Part shown: one piece after another, positions 51,543 to 64,000 of the stretch
Layout of the letters: every line of letters starts with the position of its first letter
Position numbering within the stretch: position 1 is the first letter of the stretch
From: Phoronis australis
Taxonomy: Eukaryota > Animalia > Phoronida
NCBI GenBank assembly: GCA_002633005.1
Contig: NMRA01000151.1
Span: 600,400 to 664,399 of the forward strand
DNA length: 64,000 nucleotides
Direction of reading: 5' to 3'
The notes under the pieces: generated by a model
Database searches by the model: none
Seen by the model: the letters and a program-made list of their open reading frames with translations, nothing else
Told to the model about the DNA's origin: nothing
Made by a program: the position numbers and the translations under genes

Positions 51543-51798
51543 CTGAAATAAAAACAACTTTATAAACATTTGAATGGCATCTTAATGTGATTCTCTTCTG
51601 GTGAACAAAGCTTGGGCTAGTTATTGGAAAGACCAGCAATAATTTCATTTTGCTATTAAAATATTATGAATGACTTCTGTCTACTTATTTTATATCAGTC
51701 TTTTGTTGTCGTGTTTTAAACGCATGTCACAATATGTTACGTGCTAAACTGCCGTGTTACCTACAATTCTAGGGTGAGGTTGTTTCGATCAAAGATCT

Positions 51799-51950
51799 TG
51801 GTAAGAGTTCAGTAACGCTAGGACCTCGCTAAAAAGCAAAACTTAGCGAGATTGGGTTAGATATTCGTGCACTTTACCTGAGAACACGTGGTTTTGGCTA
51901 GATTTTAACGAGATCCTAGCGTAAGTCCTAGCGTTACTGAACTCTACCCA
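51799..51950. mobile_element. Harbinger-like MITE
   Basis: tggtaagagttcagtaacgctaggac ... gtcctagcgttactgaactctaccca inverted repeats. Confidence 0.7.
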
Positions 51951-52993
51951 GACTATGCATCACGTGATCTGGACTCACATCCGGGAGAGAATCCACCGCG
52001 ACGTTGTGTTTGATGAGGTGAACACAAACAAAAACTTTCCCTTGCTCTTTACTGGCTACTTTGGGGTCAGTTTTGAAATGGCATCATCCTTAGGGTTTTG
52101 TTGAAAAATGCTGTGAAATTAGCAATGTTTCTCGAACATATTCAGTAAGAGATGTGGAATTAATTGATAATCTTTAGGTAAAGATTCGGTGTGAAATTTT
52201 TGCACTGTGCTCTCTGTTGACATGATCAGTTATACTAACATGCTGATGCATCGTAACACATTAATGCTAACCGCTGCTATTGGACAATGTGATTTTTACA
52301 TTCTCCCCTTTGATTCAGCTCTGAAGTTGTCTCAAGTATTACGCCGACTGACTTCTTTTCCTTAACACTTTTGGCTTACAAGCCATGGTGTGACATCAAA
52401 AAACATCATTTCCATAGGCGTAAAATTTATTCAGATTAAAACAAAGCCTTAACGCTCTCACCCTTGATGGGGATTAAAATTGGTGACATCAAACGTCTTT
52501 GATAAGTCCAAAAATTTGACGGTAACTGAATATCTTCGTTTCTAATGATCCCATCTCAACATCTCGATATTTACAAGGTCACGTGACTGCAAACGCCATA
52601 AGGATTTAACATTCACAAACTCCTTAAAGATGAACTGGTGGTTAGTTTAGGTCAACGAAGGGCTGGATCAGCATTAAGATTCTTGGAAAGATTTCAAGAG
52701 CGAATGGTGCTGGCTACAACTGAGGCAAGGAACGATCTTGAATTCAACATTTTATGAACATTCGAAAAGCATACGTGCGCATTGCATAGGTGAGCAGATT
52801 TATGGAAAAGTGGATTCTAGAAGAATGAAGTAGCACGTATGCCATGTAAGCGAAATCATTGCCAGGTGAGTGAACAGTGTGCATAATGGTAATTTCGATT
52901 GCAAACTCGCGATTTCATATGATTCAGTGAGCAGACGACACCACGTGCTATTTACAAAACAGCTATAGGTACATTTGCGGGTTTTCTTCTTAC

Positions 52994-53163
52994 CCTTAGG
53001 TCGAACGCCTGGCCATCTAGAGTCTCCATTGCAGTAAGTAAAAATCCTATTTCTTGCTTAACATTGAACTCAAACGACTTCTTCCCAAACCCGAATTCGC
53101 GTAAGTGGGTCACTGCAAACGTTCTCTGGTCCTTCCAAAGCTTGCCCTCGCTAAAACCAATCC
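52994..53163 (-). CDS. Cytochrome P450 exon (C helix)
   Basis: ttcag|GG ... AGG|gtaag, 170 bp. GIGFSEGKLWKDQRTF...LREFGFGK carries the WxxxR motif. Confidence 0.92.
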
Positions 53164-53399
53164 CTGAAAACAAAGAAATGTCTTGAATAGATTAGCTGAC
53201 TTTTATTGGTGCTGTTGATCTTCATCCAGTGGCAAAAGTAAGGGTAAATTCTCCTTGCTTTTCATTTTCAATTTTTATACTTTTGATCAGTACAAAGAAA
53301 TTAAAGACAAAAATGCAAACCATTCTCACTTTCACCACTCACACGCACACACGCACACTCACTTGCCCCCNCCCCCCCAGCCCCTTCAACATACCCACC

Positions 53400-55436
53400 C
53401 ATTTTAGCTAGGGTGTTGTCAGGAAAATTTATGGCTAACCAGCTTCTATAGTTTGCCTAGTATTCAGCGAAATTACCATTATTTAATAAGATTCTTCTTA
53501 GAACATAAAATCCTCTTTCTAATATCTTAAGAAATAGACGGAAACTGTGGATTATTGTTTTATATTTAGACACGTATATAACTGGAAAAGAATCCAATTT
53601 AAAACTATAATTTCGTTACTTATTGGCAAGCTTAAATCATTGCTTTTTGTCAATAATCAAATTGATCCTTTGTACAGACAACACCCAACTGCGTATATCG
53701 TCTTTCAATGTTCTTATATCATTGCATTCGAAAAGTATGTGATCTACTGTTTCAGTTTGTGACTGGCAGGAGGTACACACATCAGAATCCACAAAATTAT
53801 TTTTTAAGAAAAGAGTTCGTTGCAAATATTCTATGAAATATTTTACAGTGTACATAACTTAAAATCGAAAGTAGTTTTAAAAACAAATAATATATATTTT
53901 TCCAGTCATCACTTTAAAAGTAAAAACCTTCTTAAAAATCTTTTTGGGCAATTGACAAACTTTCGTTCTGGCAAATAGTTTCATATCCCATTTCACATTT
54001 TGACGTGCGGCTCAAAAATCACGGAAGTTAAAATGTATTATTGGTCCATATCTAATGCATTTGCAATGGTGTTCTCAGAAATGACCTAACTGACTCAATC
54101 AGAGAACAATATTACAAAAGTGTATAGGTGTATTTGAGTTCTTTTTGAGTTTAGTAAATAAGTAAAACTTATTATTATCATCAAGTAGGTCATTAATAAA
54201 AGCAACATTGTTGCTAAAGATGATATATTTTCTGTCTTTTAGAATTTCATCATTATGACATAAACTTGTTGAGAGTAAATCAATCGCATCTTTATGGGGC
54301 TGTTTACTTATAAAAACGAATCTGTTGAGATAAGTCACTTCATTGTGTTTTTAATATCACCATTTCCAAAGTTTATAACATTTGACTTTAAAATCCCTGT
54401 TTCAAGTTCAAATAATTTCACCCATTTTGATCCAGATGTAAAAATTTTTCTTAGCCATGCAATTTTTATAGCCTTGTTAAGAAAACTATTTACTCCCCAT
54501 TCCTCACAACTTCTCACAACGTCGTTATTCCTATTTGAATGTCTTTAATTTCCCTATCTTGTTTCGTCTTGATTTCTGATATTTCAGCACATAAAATGAA
54601 AACATAGACCTATAGAGAAAGGGGGTCACTTTGTCTACAACCCTTGTGCAGAGTAAAACTTCTGGACAGAAAACCGTTTTGGGCAATGTATGACACCGGA
54701 CAATAAAAAGTTTTAATCCAACGCTTAATTGATTCCTTGAAATTAAAGATATCCAAAACATCATTTATGAAGTTCCATGACAAGGTGTCAAAAGCTTTTT
54801 CAACATATATTCATAACAACAGCCCCGGTATACCAATTTCCGGGGAAATTATATATCCAAGTACATTTCCATTCATCTAGCAATGCATCCAGATGTCAAC
54901 GTGTCAACTCTGTTGAGCAAAGTTATTGGAATTAAAGTTACGATCCCGCTTTTGGAGTGTTTGACATTTCGATTTTTTCATATCTTTCAATTACAAGTCC
55001 TAAAACAAAGTAATCTAAATATTTCCAGAAAAACTTGAAAATTTCATTTTTAAAACCACCTGACCCGTTTTTTTATTTTTTGAACTTTTCAATACAGACC
55101 AGAGTTCTTCATATTTTATAAGTCCCTCAAGATCCATATCAAAATTATGTGGAGGAAGAAAAGGATTGTTCATCCATGAACAACCCTGGCCATGTGGCAC
55201 AAACTGAGCCACAACACCACGTTTCTTACAATATCTCTTTTTATCACTCCGGCTGGTCTGCTTACTCAGCTTGTAGGAAGCCTGCTTTGCAGGTTGTTAT
55301 AGCCCAGTTTCTCAATTACTCATTGAGTATCGTAAACGCGTGTGTTATCGCTTGTAATTAAGGAACCCACCTGGTTCCTTCTGTGAAATAATTATTTGTA
55401 GGGCTGTGACCCAGAAATTTCCAATACAACTTATTA

Positions 55437-55495
<59 letters not shown>

Positions 55496-56200
55496 TATTC
55501 TTGTGTCGTGTTATTTGTCCCATTAAGCTTATTTGAAACGGAAAACTTCTCTATTTCACTTTTTCAGGAAAACTTATAAGAATAAAGTTTTACGTAAAAA
55601 TTCGCGGCCACGTGTACTATTTTTTCTTGATCTGTAGTTACTTTTCCATTTTCCAATTCTATTTCATACACGAGTTTGTTATAGAAATACCTCGATTTTA
55701 AACTAGGAAAATATTTTGTTGGGCGTTAACAATCCTCTATTCATTTTGCCTGTGGTCTGACGTAATACCCTTTTAATTTCTCTGACCGAATCTCTAGAAG
55801 AGTACTATTTATCCTTTCTAAATCTTCAAAAGTTCTATCAACAATTCGTTGTTCTAAATTCTCCATTTCTATTTATAATTTATTTTTCTGACTATCTGTT
55901 TTATTCTTTTTTGATTTGAGTAAAATGGTATTTTTTCTTATTTCCATCCAAAAATAGTTGATTATTTATAGCAAACTGAATCACGCTGTTAGAAATATTT
56001 TGAATTCTGTCTAAGTGGTATACCGGAACTGCATATTGCTTTTTATCATTAGTAATTGCATCTTAAACGATGTTTACATATTCATTGTCATTTAAAAGTG
56101 ATTTGTCAAATTCCAGAATCCTTTACCTCTCGTAATTTCTCTAAATGATAAGCTTAACAAGCTCCCAGAATGATTTGATATGTAACCTGAAATGGATACG
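53400..56200 (-). mobile_element. Older, heavily decayed L1/Tx1-like LINE in CYP intron
   Basis: Fragments NKAIKIAWLRKI..SKW, CTSC.SQTETVDHILFEC, EELWSVLKSSKNKK, aagcttttgacac (KAFD) and a GKG.W.-like segment near 56120. Boundaries approximate. Confidence 0.75.
55148..55522 (+). repeat. Dispersed TG..CA repeat copy 2 with (AT)21(AC)n microsatellite (55441-55494), inserted in the L1 relic
   Basis: Homologous to 22390-22587 (inverted). Confidence 0.75.
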
Positions 56201-56677
56201 TAGGTTGAGGCAGAAACTTCATTTTTAATTCCTGTAATTTTCATGTGATGTCATCCGAAGACATAAATCATCCTATATTAATACAAGGGCCGGGACGAAC
56301 GAGCAAGGACCTCTATACTAATGGAGGACGTCCAGCTTAATGGCGAGTGAGAAACGGGCCATCTATATCAATAAAGTGACCCCGCCTAAAGAGTGGTTTT
56401 CTGTATCAATAAAACGGGCTTTGCCTTAAAGTGGCTGAATTGGGGCTTTCTGTATTCATATATGGGGCCTGGTTTTTTCTTGAATTTTTTGCCTATGCCA
56501 TTTGAAATAATGATGCCTTTCGTGAGGTTTACTGTATTAGTAATCTTCGTTGTTACATAAGGGTTTATCTAGTTTGAGACACCTTGTATTTTACGACATG
56601 TTTCGATGTTAGATAAATCGCTCAGGGAAATAGTGCCTTAACCTCTAACAAACAATATGCATTCACAATTTACGCAC

Positions 56678-56833
56678 CCAATCCTTTGTTGAAACGCATG
56701 ATGCCATTGTGAGGTCTTCCGGAAAACACGTGGCCACTTTTTCCAAATGTTTCTTTGAGAATTGCATAGCTACTCAAAACTATCCAGGGTTTTGAGCCCA
56801 TGAAGACGGTGAATATATCGCCATATTTCTTGC
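56678..56833 (-). CDS. Cytochrome P450 exon, most 5' one found
   Basis: ttcag|GC ... G|gtgcgt, 156 bp. KKYGDIFTVFMGSKPWIVLSSYAILKETF...FSGRP. Confidence 0.9.
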
Positions 56834-59800
56834 CTGAAAATGTACAAATCACTGTTAGGGACCCAAACAACTTACCTCCGATCTAAGGTAAAACAATTTT
56901 AATGCAAACTGTTAGTTACAAGTCGTGTTGAAGTCGTATAAGAAGTACATATAGAATGCAAAATACACCAGTGTAGATATAGTACAGTTTAAAAAACTTA
57001 CCAGTGGAATCTTCCTGCAGGGTTGGATTGGCACCCTTGCGTGTTTTATTAGGAAATTAGCTCCCCCTGACCCGGGCAAAAATCAAAAAAAATATCTTGC
57101 AAAACACAGACGTTTCAGGTAGCAATAGATTCAATGAAAAATATCGAAACGGTAAAAACCGGTAGGAACTAGAGGAATTGGTGGCCACTACCGGAGGTAA
57201 CATTGGTGGCAACCAGGGAGATGTGCAACTAGGTAGCAACCGTGCTGGGGTGAAATTCTCCTACGCCTATATTCTGACCAAACTATGTTAGCAAAGCCCA
57301 TGCATGCCAATGCAAAACAGAGTCCATGAAAAGCAGGTTCTTCTGTGCTTAATTAATGCTTGCTCGGTTGCCGCCTTCCGTCATCAAGACAATTTCATAT
57401 TTAGACCACGTACTGAAATGGAATTAGTTTCAATGTTTTCTTTCGTGACAATAGATGAGGTTTCTTTGCTTGGAAAGAACTAGCAACTCGTTATTGATTG
57501 ATACCAGTGTCCAGTTCTATGGCAAACAGGCACTCAACTATGTTCCCTAAATCTTTCACCTGTTTGTGTATTTCTTTACTCATACATGTAGATGTAATCT
57601 TTTTCTATCATGTCATCGTTATTATTAGCTCCTCTTTTACTAATAACATTTTCTAAAATCACAACTAAGAACTGAATCATGAGTTCAGTGAAATTAAACA
57701 GGAATTTGGTCCTTTAATTAGGTTTGCAGCATGAAAAGATCCCTATTTTTTCTGTACTCTTTAGAATTCAATGTCGAGTTGTACACATGTATCAAAGACA
57801 ATAACTGACTAAGTAATGAAACTAAAACATTATGTGAAAGGATGATCGCTGTTTTCTCAAGTCCACAAATACGCAATAGATTTTGGGAACTTAGTTAAGT
57901 CCATATTTGGTACTGTTCCATGCAACCGGGCGTTAGCCATATTGATACATGTTGATGACTTATCGCGGCGCCTTATTTTATTGGCTTTACATGGTCTCGA
58001 GGATAAACGAATTGTTTTAATGGTAAGACCAAAAATCACTTCTCATATGAGTAATTAACAAGTTCAGGAAAATTTTGGTGGCAAGTGCTCTAAATGAATG
58101 AGTTAGTTTCCTTGACGATACGAGTCTTTATACCTGCATTCGGAAAATCATCAACTATTCCAGTCTATTTCCGCGATCTGACTTCCTGTGCATCAGTTCA
58201 GGAACGATTCCTGATTGACGGCCATGCTGTCCTTGGAAACGCTTTGACATCACCGTGAGCCTAAATTCTCATTTTGGTTCTTTTTATACAAACTTGATTA
58301 TTTATTGTCCAAATAAATTTCACCTGTTCTTTGCATATGGTGAATGGTATTTAATGCATAATCAAAAGTTTATGAGGTACACCTGTACATGTACGTCGCA
58401 TCTATCGCAGCCAACGCTCGACTAATGAGGTCAGACCTGACTCATCGCGAGGGTACGTCGAACTTCAGCAACAGCACCCGTTTAGGTAAAAATTAGAGGA
58501 AAAAAGTGTCTTGATCAAAAAAATGTCTTATCCTTATCGCCAAATCGTGAAATTGATGCAAAGTACCAGCCTGAAGAGAGCAATTGCTGTGTGACTACCC
58601 GCGGGCGTGTGAGCGCAGTGTGTACTTGGCAGCATATCCGCGGCACCGACTTTACTGGCCGTTAAACATGTAAAATAAAAAATAATTCACGCATGGCGAT
58701 GTTTCAACAAACAAAAACAAGTTTCATTTCAATACAGTGAGCTCCACACCTCAGTTGCAATAACGCAAATCTGTGCTTGATTTTGTTGCCCGTACACAGG
58801 CCGGCGAGATAATTCCCCTGCAGCTGCCGCGACTCTTCGCCAGGAAAATAATCACTTGGTAAATTGGTTTTAATTTTCAATAATATTAGGGAAAATATAA
58901 TTTAAAAGGTGATAATAACTTTCAATATATATACATATGTTGCCTAAATATACAAATTCTGCACTGCAAACTGGGGGAGGGAGTGTAGTGAGTTTTAGTC
59001 AATAAGTTGAATGTCACCCATGGTAAAATATTGCAGTGTTAGGAGCATGACACACTATTTTTAATCTCTTTGTCACTGGAATTTCACTCATTCAAGGCCC
59101 TGATAGCTAATTAATGTGTTCAGCTTGCCCCTCGGAACACAGATGTCCGTGCACGGCAGGACAGGCGGTCCGCCTCCGCCGGGGAGCAGCTTATACGAAT
59201 GTTTCTGGCGAAGTAGGGATTATTCCATTACTTTAAACTCATGAATACTTATATTATACAACTGTACCATTTCGCACCATAGCAAGTTTTCTGTTTGAAG
59301 TTATGTCGCCACCATACGATATTCTGTCGCTCAATGTTATTTGTTGGCAGTCAGCCGCCCGGCCGTAAGGGAAGTCGCGGGATACCACCTCCGGTATCTT
59401 AGTTTCCGTCTAAATTTATTTTCCATATTTTTGCTAGTTTAATCGTCAGGATATTCCTATTTTATTTACTTATTTTGATATCGCATGTTCGTCGTTTTGT
59501 TTATACTGTTTATTTACCAGTTATTTAAACCCAGTGAAACAAGCTTAGCCTAGCCCGCCATAGTCGCGGCCTTGTTAGTCAATCTTTGGCACAAGACCGT
59601 AACTAGTCCGTAATTTTATGCAAGTGTCTGAAACTATCTTTGTATGTATACGGCATTTGTGACTTGATCCATTTATTCCGATAAAACAGCCGGGGACGGC
59701 ATACCTTCGTCTAATTTTGGCAGTGCAGTGGTCTCGATCCGTCCGCACCGGGTCATCGGCTGCAGTTCCAAATCCGGCAAAATAATTTCTGTCAAAATTT

Positions 59801-62800
59801 ATTTTGCCACATTTTGTCAACAATTTCAGTACAAATTGTCCCTATTTTGGTTTTATTAAAGGTAAGGTCCGCTGTCGATTATTTTATCGCCGTTTGAAGG
59901 CTGGTAACAGACACTACTCCAGTCGAACAGGCGGCATTATTAAGCCTGGGTTCCTGAATAAATGATATTTCCGGTTTGTTCGAAATGGCGGTGTTTTCCT
60001 CGGGTCGAAATCGTGAGTGGCGCGTATATTAAAATTTTCTTCGACTAGCGATTGTGTATTGGTTATGGGAAAGTTACTGCGTAGTTTCTTATAATTTGAT
60101 CTAAACATTTAACAATAGGTTAAAAACGTGTGCTACTAGGGCTTTAACTTAATACTGTTTTCAAAAAAGCGAGCTTGACTGGCATGTTTGTGAAATGTTG
60201 ATTGAACGTTTAAAGTCAGAGACGCCCAGACGAGAGAACATTCTTGCCCACACGTAAGCTCTAGAAATGTACTTGTCCAAATATACTGAGAGTTATTTAG
60301 AAAAACATAATTAACTTAAGGCTTTGGAAACTATGAAAACAGTATGAGTATGTGAGCTTTTGTCGAAAGTGTTTGAACTTCGAAAAGTTCCCGGCACCCG
60401 GCATAAGCAGGTCGGTTTTGTTATATTTTCACAAAGGCATTGTGAAAACAACTAACAAATCAAATTGAATAGGTATGGCCCCTTTGATTGTTCTGTTTCA
60501 AAGTTGTCGAGTACGTGTAAGCTTCCAGTGTCTCTCGTTACTCCACGTAACAGGTGGTCTCACAAGAGCGGCATAACAAGATAAGTTATTGCAACATGAA
60601 CAAGATAACAACGAATACCTGTGGGATGTTTCGAGGATGCTTATCTTGTCGTACTTTATCAGCTGTCTGAGACGTACCTTATACACCCGAATTACAAACA
60701 ATTATGATCACTCATACCCATTGCTGTAGTGGGGCATAGGCGTAAGTAGGCGCAGCCAACCACCTTTTGGCACTTGAACGTAGCACCTACGCACCGTAAC
60801 TTTCGTTCAGTGTTCAAGGTGATACGTTGGGCTTTGGGTGCCTACTCACCTCCAGTTTTACCACTACAGCACTGCTCATACCTCGAATACTTCGCAAGAA
60901 CACGTCCGTCGTATTTTTGTTGGGTTTTACCGGCTTAAAAAGAAGATTTCTAAACTAAATTATTTGATTTTATTTGACAGCATATCATTTTCACCCGCGT
61001 TTTGTTTTGATTCCTGTACTCTATTCGTTACATCTACTAGTTTCATGTTAATGTCTAATATGTACACTGTGACAACGAGTTGTACGTGGTTTCATCAACA
61101 GTAGGAAGAGTCCGCTGGTTTAGAAAGGGCGAGTTCTTCCAGGAAGAGTGGGGGTAGGGAACACAATCGCTCTGAGAAAGAGTGGGGGTGGGGAACGCAA
61201 TGGCTCCTTAAAACGTCTGTTTCTAGTTTGCAGAAAAATGTTTTTGAAAAAAATAGTACAGTGTAGTTTATAAACGACACAAGTGCTGAATTCTATGCTT
61301 CAATCGTAATGATTGTGTGCTCATGAAGAATGTATAGAAACCATGGTACGCGTTTGAACACTTATGGATGTCATGATATTGTTTCGTATGGTGCACAGAA
61401 AGCATCTGATCATAGTTGTAAAATAAAACTACCAAAGAGTAGAGCAAAGGTATATCAAGGCAATTTGTTAGTTAAGATAGACTTTACATTGATGATGGCA
61501 GTGATGTACATTCAGATGCACTTTTATTTGGATTTTTATTCAAGCATTCCAATATCAACAATGTTGAATGAATACATGTATCTCTTGTAGATAAGTTTAC
61601 ATTCGTACATTAAAATGCTAATAACCCAATAGGGGTGATTTTCAACATTTAACAACGCCGGACCGGGACAGGTTCAACTGTTTAAAACGAAAATTACATC
61701 TTCACGAACTTATCCGCTCCCCCTGCACTACTTAAGAAGGAAAATTTTCTTTAAGGTTTCAACTTCAAAATACGGCCATTAACCCGACTGTTGTCAAAAA
61801 CTCACTTAGTCATGTTGCCAGAAACTTGGGTTTATAAATCCACACAACTATTTCTGAAATTGCTTTAAAGGTCAAGTGAACAAAATTGCAAAACTCCCAA
61901 GAATATACACATAACGCAAAATACTGAGAATTTCTATAAATTTCTAAACTCTAATTTTCTTATAATTACTTGGTTAAACCTCCATTCAGTAATATTGTTT
62001 TGGGAGCTTTATGCCAATAGTTTTACGGTCAGCATAAATGTGTATGAAAAATAATTAAATCCCACGTGCGCAAAAATCCAAAAGCTGTAAGAATATACAA
62101 ATGTCAGTTATTGATATCATTGTTGCTAATGAATTCTTGACTGTGATGTGACCAAAATTTTTGGGCTAAACTTTTTCAGCCATTGTCACACCAAATTTCT
62201 GTTTAAAATCACTTCAGGAAACAAACCCCCAACATTAGGACGGCAACTGACCTAAATAAAAAACCGACTAGAGGCTGGTTCATATTGGCTTTAAACTGAA
62301 TATTTAAAAGATGAATTCAGTAACACCTGCAGTATTCATGCTGACTGATCAGTATATGGGAACGTCAAACTCTGAATATTTTCTCCACAGCAAGACACAT
62401 CGTAGTAGGATCCACATTTTGTCAGAAAACTCAACACACTAAGACAATAATATCCAGAATGGTTACGCTGTTGATAAGGAGAGAATATTTGAATTTTCTG
62501 TGCAGACATTTCAAATCTCCATTAAACCGTCCATGTACAGTAGTATACAGTTTCACTACATTTTAGATATTTATTAAATTAATTGAAGAATAGTGATTGT
62601 TTCTTTTTAAAAAGCCTTCGACATTTAACACGATAAAATATTAATCTTGGTTCGTTCCCTCATTTGTTGTATCATAAAGGAAAATGTTAGTTTAACCTCA
62701 AGTGACTCAGGCCAATTACCTCTTTAAAACATCATTTTTCATTGGTCGACGGAACGTTTATATTTCGCCATAAGAATATAAATCACTGTTGTGCAGTAAG

Positions 62801-64000
62801 ATGGCGCACGATAAACGCGGTTTGAAAGTGGATGTTATACAAATAGAAGCTTCGCCGAGATTGTTTTTGACGTGAACGACACTTTTTCTTCAAATTACTA
62901 TTCAGTCCGTTTTTCAAATTACAGCTCTTGGTGTGGACTTTAAAATCGGTTACAGAGGCAGTAACCGTGATGGTGCATGGTCTACCGAGCAGTTGCAATA
63001 GTTATAACCAAGATACACATTCAATGGGTCTAATCTCCGGCCACTAAATGGAACTTGAGGGTTTAAATTACCTCTGGTTTCTTGAGATCACCCCTAATAT
63101 GAAATCGAACTCACACGCTCAGCGGTCGCACTCCAACACTTTATAGGCGAAGATACACTTCGCTCGAACGATGTCAGAGTGATTTCAGTGCAGGGCTGTC
63201 TGACAACGGGGTACGGAATTGATGATTTGTAATAAAACCCTAGAAACAATGGATTTCATTTGATAGCTCAAACTGGTCAAAGCAAATGACTTCAGGACTC
63301 CTATCCCTTGAAAAATAATACTAAACTTGAAATTTTCCGGGTAGTAAATCCGATTGTCTCCATTTTGCAGGTTTTACCGATAGCTTAAACTTTCGGTGTG
63401 AACACTAACTATTAAATAATCATTGCGCCTGCGGAAAAGTTACAACTTGGTTGAGTTGATATGAATTCAAGCGCCTTAGATAAATCCCTGTGCAAAAGAA
63501 TTAAAACACGGGATTATTTTTTTATAATACGGAGGTCGGTGATCAAAGTCTCTAAAACTTTACACGAGTTTGCGACAACTACGTCGTGGTATTGGATACG
63601 TGGCTCGGCTACTATGGAAATCTACCTATGTCACAGATAATACGAGTTGTACTTTGGAGTCGAACACTGCATAGAGTCCCTAAAACCAATTGGTTTGTTC
63701 ACGTGCAGTAAAAGTTGGGTGAAATTGGGAACGGAAAACGAGCTGTGAACAAAGTTGTTTACTTATTGTCAACAGATAAAATTCGAATATTTGAAAGTGG
63801 GCGGATTTATGCGAAACGTTGCGTAACTACTTCAGTACTGAGGCAGAACAAATAAGACGCTACTGAACGCTACCCAGGCTTTGATTTGCTCTTGCGTAAC
63901 GAAATGCAAAGTTAATGGCCTCGGAAATAAACATGTGAAGTGAAACAGGCATGTGTATTAATTGATAAGATTTTTTAAATCATGTCGTGGACAGAGCCAT

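Noticed and set aside
56998-57060. CYP exon 1 candidate with gtaag donor
   Set aside because: The required phase-1 frame hits a stop and lacks a hydrophobic anchor or PPGP.
61560-61680. CPGP motif as CYP proline hinge
   Set aside because: No preceding transmembrane segment, no GNL-like motif, and no suitable donor seen.

Overview
Eukaryotic animal genomic DNA: spliceosomal GT-AG introns, AT-rich, one 550-bp N gap at 17634-18183. The repeat repertoire suggests a marine invertebrate such as a mollusc (inference). Three host genes are visible: the last exon of a YitH-type double-GNAT acetyltransferase (+, 7419-8130), a DUF229/alkaline-phosphatase-superfamily membrane protein encoded in one exon (-, 9317-11299), and a CYP2-clan cytochrome P450 (-) whose six phase-consistent exons span 43512-56833; its first exon was not found. 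The rest is dense, nested transposon sequence: CR1/L2-group, L1/Tx1 and HERO-type LINE relics, an Academ derivative, a second TAG..CTA TIR element, a HINE/Helentron-type element with internal tandem repeats, a P/THAP9-like relic split by a Mutator-like foldback element, and several MITEs. The most notable structure is two adjacent, oppositely oriented Kolobok-type deletion derivatives (about 39.2-42.9 kb). Each keeps a THAP gene and a convergent KolX/P2X7-ballast-like Cys-cluster gene but has lost the DDE core. The younger copy has 127-bp TIRs about 95% identical, with inward-facing ETS-CRE motifs and two open ORFs. All family assignments come from motif recognition by eye; no database search was run.
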